A stretch of 64,000 bases of DNA, taken from the IMG/VR virus record IMGVR_UViG_3300025765_000001. One strand, written 5' to 3'. The notes below the pieces were generated by a model. It saw only the letters and a list, made by a program, of their open reading frames with translations, was not told where the DNA came from and made no database searches. Positions 58,700 through 64,000 of this stretch are shown here, one piece after another. The stretch is from a virus. Its lineage: Duplodnaviria; Heunggongvirae; Uroviricota; Caudoviricetes. Made by a program: the position numbers and the translations under genes. Every line of letters begins with the position of its first letter. Positions within the stretch are counted from its first letter, which is position 1.

Positions 58700-59755
58700 A
58701 TGGAAAGAGAAAACATAGAGAAGCCTTTACCCCCTGAAATAAATTTGGTAGAATTCGCCCCGGATAGTCCGTTGGAAACTCAGGACATGTCATGCTATAA
58801 GGCAACGGCCACGGTTACTTGGGAATTCGACCTGACGGATCAAACTGGCAAACCCATAACGCTGGCCCGAAAACAACTCGAAGCTATTCTACCACCGACC
58901 GGTGACTTCAAAGTATTTGTCAAAGTTGATAAACTTCGTAGGAAGCAGCACCGTATTGTTTTGGGTAAATTTGCTCCCGATGATGTTTTGCCTTATATCA
59001 CCAACAATGATTTTAGGAGGGAGTATGTGGTTGGCGACAAAGCATATCCTGTGAAAATGAATTCACATCGGTATTTCGTATTTCGTGAAAACAGGAAATG
59101 TGTTTCTTGCGGGATAGATGGCACGATCTTCTTGCTAGAACAGCATCCGAATGATAAGTCTCCTCACTTCAATCTCTATGCCGAAGACGAGGATGGCAAG
59201 CTAGTTCTCATGACAAAGGACCACATCTATGCCAAGGCTCACGGCGGCGAGGACCGCCATTCTAACTATCAGACTATGTGCAGCATTTGCAACAACTTGA
59301 AGGGGTCTGCACATCTGAGTCTAGCTGGTATAGCCGAACTATATGAAATCTACAAAGAGAACAGAAAGTCTCTGCCCAGAAAGAAGCTGGCAGCCCTGAT
59401 TGCTGAGAACAGAACTCGATTGCTTCGCCCACGAACACCGCCCAAGTCGGGTGAGCCAAATCAGATTTACGCCCGTAGCGACATCCATATAATGGAAAAC
59501 GAGAATGGTCAGCGTGTCGGTATGTCGGTTTACGATAGCAAGACGAGTGCGATGAGCCATGTGGCCTGCATTCGTAAGGGCACGCCCCTGAAAGCCGCAC
59601 GTATAGGGGATCGTACCATCGACATCGACATAGAAGGAACCATCTTCCTTCTTGTTAGACACATGGCTGAGTTTCGAGAAACCCCGGAAGGAAAAGCGTT
59701 AGATGTTGCTCTCGTCAACGGCGGTGCTTCGGTACAGCCCGAAGCTGCTGGGTAA
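58700..59755 (+). CDS. HNH endonuclease domain protein
   Basis: CVSCG, MTKDHI...GG.D..SN.Q.MC..CN..KG. Confidence 0.75.
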   Translation: MERENIEKPLPPEINLVEFAPDSPLETQDMSCYKATATVTWEFDLTDQTGKPITLARKQLEAILPPTGDFKVFVKVDKLRRKQHRIVLGKFAPDDVLPYITNNDFRREYVVGDKAYPVKMNSHRYFVFRENRKCVSCGIDGTIFLLEQHPNDKSPHFNLYAEDEDGKLVLMTKDHIYAKAHGGEDRHSNYQTMCSICNNLKGSAHLSLAGIAELYEIYKENRKSLPRKKLAALIAENRTRLLRPRTPPKSGEPNQIYARSDIHIMENENGQRVGMSVYDSKTSAMSHVACIRKGTPLKAARIGDRTIDIDIEGTIFLLVRHMAEFRETPEGKALDVALVNGGASVQPEAAG

Positions 59756-60107
59756 TCGTACTTCTGAGAAGTGGTGGTTAATCGCCGATTGCGATCCATC
59801 GCTAGGGAAATACTATCGTCATTTGCATTTCCTCCATACGCATAAATGCGAAAAGTTGCAGCCCCCGGCGTGGAAAGAACACATTACGATTATCCGAAAT
59901 GAAGAGCCTCCAGAAACGAATAAGAATCTGTGGGGAAAATACGCTGCTAGACCCATCGAATTCATCTATTCCTCTATTCCCGAAAGCGATGGACTTTTTG
60001 TGTGGCTTCATGTAGAATGTCCGCTCTTTGAAGAACTCAGAGAGGAGTTGGGCCTTTCGTCCAAGCCATCGATTCCTTTCCATCTAACAATTGGGAACCT
60101 CAAATGA
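59703..60107 (+). CDS. 2H phosphoesterase-like protein
   Basis: HIT and HLT motifs. Confidence 0.6.
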   Translation: MLLSSTAVLRYSPKLLGNRTSEKWWLIADCDPSLGKYYRHLHFLHTHKCEKLQPPAWKEHITIIRNEEPPETNKNLWGKYAARPIEFIYSSIPESDGLFVWLHVECPLFEELREELGLSSKPSIPFHLTIGNLK

Positions 60108-60340
60108 AAACCAATAAGTTGATAAACGGTATATTTGAAGGCGTTGTTGCGTTTGCAGAGGTTGCGGCCTCTGCCGACCCCGATGAAAAGAAGCCTCTTG
60201 GGGAACGTTTTGTCCACGCCACGGCTGTCTTTGCTGGTAAGCAGCGTGATGCCCTGATGACTCAAGGTTTCACCAGAGAAGAAGCCGTGCTGCTGGTGGG
60301 ACAGCAAATGAAGATGTTTGGGCTGAATAACCCAAATTGA
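60104..60340 (+). CDS. Hypothetical protein
   Basis: 78-aa ORF with ATGA-type coupling. Confidence 0.55.
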   Translation: MKTNKLINGIFEGVVAFAEVAASADPDEKKPLGERFVHATAVFAGKQRDALMTQGFTREEAVLLVGQQMKMFGLNNPN

Positions 60341-60400
60341 TTTTACAGTCTCCTTCAGCAGGCTATAGTGAATGAACCCTGAATTTCAAGGAGAAGAACA

Positions 60401-62239
60401 ATGAAACGTCTCTTCGCATTAGGAGCGATGCTTGCCGCCGTTGCTCTGGTTGGTGTGTCGAGCGGCCAGGAAAAGCGTTATTCTGAACTAGTGGGGCCGG
60501 TGTCTGTCGGAGAAGTGAAGGCAAAGACGTCACTCGAAGTGCCGTTCCTCACCTGGGGCGGCGACGTGAGCTTCTTCCAGGCCAACGGCGGTCTGACCAC
60601 ACAGAAAGGCACGACCTACGACAAGTTGGGACTCAATCTGAAGTTCGTCAAGGGCGACGACTTCCAAGAGCAAGTCCGCCGCTATATCACTGGCGAGACT
60701 CCGTTCCTTCGTGGCACTACGCATATGATCGGGTTGGCATCCGAAGTATGTGGCAGCGATCCACGCACCCAACCCGTCGTCCTTGTGCAGCTAACATGGT
60801 CGGCTGGCGACCACATCGTTTCGAGAAAGGACATTAAGACGCTCAATGACCTGAAGCGTGACGGCAAAAAGGTCAAGATCGCCGTTCAGCAGGGCGGGCC
60901 TCACGTCGGTCTTTTGTACGACGTTCTCTCTGCCGCCCTGGTGAAGCGAGAGGATGTCGAAATAGTTTTTACACAGGACTTGACCGGGCCAAAGGGACAG
61001 GCTGAAGCCTTCCGTAAAGACCCCAGCATCGACGCCTGCTGCGTCATTACGCCGGACATGCTTGGCTTGACTGGCGGCTTGACCAGCAAGGGCAGTGGAG
61101 CCGAGGGCACCGTCAAGGATGCTCATGTTCTGGTGTCTACGCAAACCATGAGCCGGTCGATTGCCGACGTTCTGTGCGTCCGTAAGGACTGGTACGAGAA
61201 GAACAAGGAAACCTGCGAGAAGATCGTCGCTGGCTATCTCAAGGGCTGCGTCGATGTAGTTGCTCTTCGCAAGGGTTTCACTGAAGGCAGTAAGCTCTCA
61301 CCGGAATACAAAACCGTGTTGCAGATGGCCCAGAATATCTTCGGCAAGGACGTTCTTCCTACGCTGGAGGTCGATGCCCACGGTCTGTTACTCGATGCTA
61401 CCTTTGTTGGCTTGACCGGCAACGTCAGCTTCTTCGAGGACAAAGGCAACCTGTCCGGCTTCGAGCCGAAGATGAAGGCTGCCCTCGATCTGGCTACTAG
61501 CTGGGGCTACGCCAAGAACCGATACGGCTTCCAACAGCCGGGCCTCAACTACAAGAAGATTGCTGAACTGGCTGGCATCAAATACGAAACCCCGAAGTTG
61601 AGTGGGCGTGTCGTGGCCGAGGGCACCAACCTGTTTCCTGATAGCCAGCTTGACGAACGCACGATTCTTAGCTTCGTCATTCAGTTCAAGGCCAACCAAG
61701 AAGACTTCAGCCTAGACACCTACGGGGTTGACTTCGACCGTGCGACGAAAACGGCATCTACATTCGGCAACGCCGTGGTGGTGATCCGTGGTCACAGCGA
61801 TCCTACGAAGACGCTAGTTGACTTGCTGAAAGCCGGTATGGACAAGGGCATCATCGCACGAGATGGCACGCCAGGAGCCTATAGCTACAAACTGAATGGG
61901 AAGCTTCTCGACCTGTCCCGAACCGCCGATCTTGTCTCGCTGGTCAAAGAGGGTGCTTTCGATGGTTCTTCTGCGGCCTCGCCACGAGAGACAATGCAGG
62001 CGGCACTCAACCTGTCGCTGGCTCGTGCCGAGTCCGTCAAGAAGGCTCTCACGACCTACGCCAATGACAAGAAGGTGAACCTGGATGTAACTCAGGTTGT
62101 GCCGACCGGTGCTGGTATCTCGCAGCCCATCGTGGCTCGCCCAAAGAATGTAGCCGACGCTGAGAAGAACATGCGGGTGGAGTTCCGCATCGTTCGGGTT
62201 GATGCCGAGTCTCTCAAGGCATCCGACTTCGACTACTAA
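60401..62239 (+). CDS. Periplasmic substrate-binding (NMT1/SsuA-like) protein fused to OmpA-like C-domain
   Basis: Signal peptide; PBP2-like body; IRGHSD, LSLARAESVK, NMRVEF. Confidence 0.75.
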   Translation: MKRLFALGAMLAAVALVGVSSGQEKRYSELVGPVSVGEVKAKTSLEVPFLTWGGDVSFFQANGGLTTQKGTTYDKLGLNLKFVKGDDFQEQVRRYITGETPFLRGTTHMIGLASEVCGSDPRTQPVVLVQLTWSAGDHIVSRKDIKTLNDLKRDGKKVKIAVQQGGPHVGLLYDVLSAALVKREDVEIVFTQDLTGPKGQAEAFRKDPSIDACCVITPDMLGLTGGLTSKGSGAEGTVKDAHVLVSTQTMSRSIADVLCVRKDWYEKNKETCEKIVAGYLKGCVDVVALRKGFTEGSKLSPEYKTVLQMAQNIFGKDVLPTLEVDAHGLLLDATFVGLTGNVSFFEDKGNLSGFEPKMKAALDLATSWGYAKNRYGFQQPGLNYKKIAELAGIKYETPKLSGRVVAEGTNLFPDSQLDERTILSFVIQFKANQEDFSLDTYGVDFDRATKTASTFGNAVVVIRGHSDPTKTLVDLLKAGMDKGIIARDGTPGAYSYKLNGKLLDLSRTADLVSLVKEGAFDGSSAASPRETMQAALNLSLARAESVKKALTTYANDKKVNLDVTQVVPTGAGISQPIVARPKNVADAEKNMRVEFRIVRVDAESLKASDFDY

Positions 62240-62292
62240 CCTTTTACCAAAGCGGCCACGCCTTACGGCGGGGCCGAATTAGGAGAGATACC

Positions 62293-63159
62293 ATGTACAA
62301 ATACCTCATCGCTTTCATGGGTTTGCTACTAGTTGGGACCGCCCACGCTCAACCTGTCCAACAAACCTTGAAAACCCCGACTTACATCGCCGTCGTATTG
62401 GACGACTCAGGATCAATGTTTACTCGGTTTGGTGATTCCTCCCGAATGGAAGTTGCCAAGAGAGTGTTGATCTCTGTCCTCAGCAAAGTCGGCCCGAACA
62501 CTCATGTTGGCGTTGTGACCTTCCACAAAGGGTGGATTTACGAGATTCAGCCAGTGGACCAGAAGAAGCTGGCTAATGCCATCAATTCCGTATATCCCAG
62601 CGGCGGCACCCCCTTGGGCCAGTATATGAAGAAAGGTGCCAATGCCCTGCTCAAGATTCGTGAAAAGAAGAAATTCGGTATCTACAAGTTGATCGTCGCC
62701 ACAGACGGCGAATCTACAGATGATGCCGAGACGCCCTTGAGCGGTGCCTACGGCATTCTGTCGAAGGGACTTCAGGTGGAAGCCATTGGTATCGGCATGA
62801 AGAAGAAGCACTCTCTGGCAACGAAGGTTTCTTACCGTAGTGCCGACAATCCCGATGAGCTAGTTCGTGCCGTGTCTACGGTTGTTGCTGAGACCGGTAG
62901 TGGTAAGGACCACTCTGAGGACTATGCGACCATTGCTACACTTGACGAGAAGCTGTGCAAGGATGTCCTCAAGGTACTGAGCGAACCCGACAATGCTCCA
63001 ATAGGTATGAAGACCAAGACTAACGGCGACGGTCATCCCGTCTTTGATGAGAAGTCTTCCGGCAATGGCGGCATAGCTTGGGGATGGTGGGTATTCATCA
63101 TTCTCGGAGTCATCGTGAGTATTGGTATCATCGTCGCCATCATCAAATCGAACTTATGA
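62293..63159 (+). CDS. Secreted vWA-domain protein with C-terminal TM anchor
   Basis: MIDAS DDSGS, GGTPL, TDGE; terminal TM helix. Confidence 0.85.
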   Translation: MYKYLIAFMGLLLVGTAHAQPVQQTLKTPTYIAVVLDDSGSMFTRFGDSSRMEVAKRVLISVLSKVGPNTHVGVVTFHKGWIYEIQPVDQKKLANAINSVYPSGGTPLGQYMKKGANALLKIREKKKFGIYKLIVATDGESTDDAETPLSGAYGILSKGLQVEAIGIGMKKKHSLATKVSYRSADNPDELVRAVSTVVAETGSGKDHSEDYATIATLDEKLCKDVLKVLSEPDNAPIGMKTKTNGDGHPVFDEKSSGNGGIAWGWWVFIILGVIVSIGIIVAIIKSNL

Positions 63160-63171
63160 AAAGGATAAGCC

Positions 63172-64000
63172 ATGAAAGGCAGAGGCAAACTGGTCGCTGT
63201 CTGCGTGGTGTGGCTTGTTATTCTTGGTCTGGGTGCAATGGCCTGGAAATGGTTTGTTGTGCCTAGCCGAGAGGCCGCACAGAAACAGGCAGAAGCTGAA
63301 AATAAAAAGAAGATTCTGACCGAGACCGGCAGCGATAGCCGATACGATCACGTTGTCAACGTCGCTCTGGACTCCTTCTCTGGCTATGCCGTGTTGAGGA
63401 GCGAAGAGTTTGCCAATGAGCTTGGCTCGAAGCGAATCAAGTTCAACCTTGTGGATGATGGGGCTGATTATACAGCCCGCATGAAGGCGTTGAAGGACGG
63501 CGAAATTCAACTAGCCGTTATTACAATCGACGCTCTAATCAAGGGCTGTGATACCCTGGGGACGATGCCAGCAACTATAGTTGCCGTGGTAGACGAGACC
63601 AGGGGTGCGGATGCGATGGTAGCCTTCAAATCCGCCGTGCCGAACGTCGATGCCTTCAACCACAAGGATATGAAGTTCATCCTGACGCCCAATTCGCCAT
63701 CCGAAACACTAACTCGTGTGGTTCAGGCTCATTTCAATCTGACGGGGCTAGGGCCAAAACCCTTCGTGGACTGCAAGGACGCCGAGGAGGTCTACAAGAA
63801 ATACCGAGCCGCCAAGCACGAGGACAAGCAGGTGTTCGTACTGTGGGAGCCATACGTCAGCAAGGTGTTGGAAAACCCTAACATGCATGTTGTCGTGGAC
63901 AGTTCTCGCTTTAAGGGCTACATTGTTGACGTAATTGTAGCAAATCGTGATTTTCTGCACGCCAACAGAGATGTAGTTACCAAGTTCATTGAGAGCTACT
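63172..64000 (+). CDS. Membrane-anchored substrate-binding protein (partial, runs off window)
   Basis: TM helix; LDSFSGY, TIDAL, DETRGADA, LWEPYVS, IVDV; no stop before 64000. Confidence 0.75.
   Translation, partial: MKGRGKLVAVCVVWLVILGLGAMAWKWFVVPSREAAQKQAEAENKKKILTETGSDSRYDHVVNVALDSFSGYAVLRSEEFANELGSKRIKFNLVDDGADYTARMKALKDGEIQLAVITIDALIKGCDTLGTMPATIVAVVDETRGADAMVAFKSAVPNVDAFNHKDMKFILTPNSPSETLTRVVQAHFNLTGLGPKPFVDCKDAEEVYKKYRAAKHEDKQVFVLWEPYVSKVLENPNMHVVVDSSRFKGYIVDVIVANRDFLHANRDVVTKFIESY

Noticed and set aside
1-64000. Full genetic code 15 (TAG=Gln) recoding
   Set aside because: Most long genes are intact in code 11, and several TAGs are followed directly by promoters, terminators or overlapping genes (13423, 52313, 55552).

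Overview
This 64-kb window looks like an accessory or early-gene region of a very large (jumbo/huge) bacteriophage. Gene density is high, there are many small orphans and host-like housekeeping genes, and I recognised no capsid, tail or replisome genes. A planctomycete-like host is inferred from the CsrA, STAS, HU, Prs and BON gene styles; this is not verified. Main contents: (i) translation-control genes (RF1-like release factor, Pth2-like remnant, amber-suppressor tRNA with CUA anticodon, tRNA-Lys, compact ArgRS, MetRS with a separately encoded tRNA-binding domain, MetAP, two CsrA); (ii) an RlaP-type nucleotidyltransferase split by an ORF-less group II intron; (iii) a ~13-kb glycan synthesis/modification cluster; (iv) metabolic and housekeeping genes (folD, coaE remnant, prs, clpX, HU); (v) an ADP-ribosylation cassette (WGR-PARP-like ART, NDT-like gene, phosphoesterase, ADP-ribosylglycohydrolase); (vi) a substrate-binding/OmpA-vWA membrane operon running off the right end. 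The best lead is partial UAG readthrough. An intact, promoter-driven tRNA(CUA) co-occurs with genes whose reading frame continues through TAG, most clearly 51241-51717 with two in-frame TAGs, while TAG still terminates other genes. Many small accessory genes also carry frameshifts, TGA nonsense codons or internal deletions, so gene decay or assembly error is a real alternative explanation for some of those TAGs. All functional calls are by motif recognition from memory; no database searches were run.
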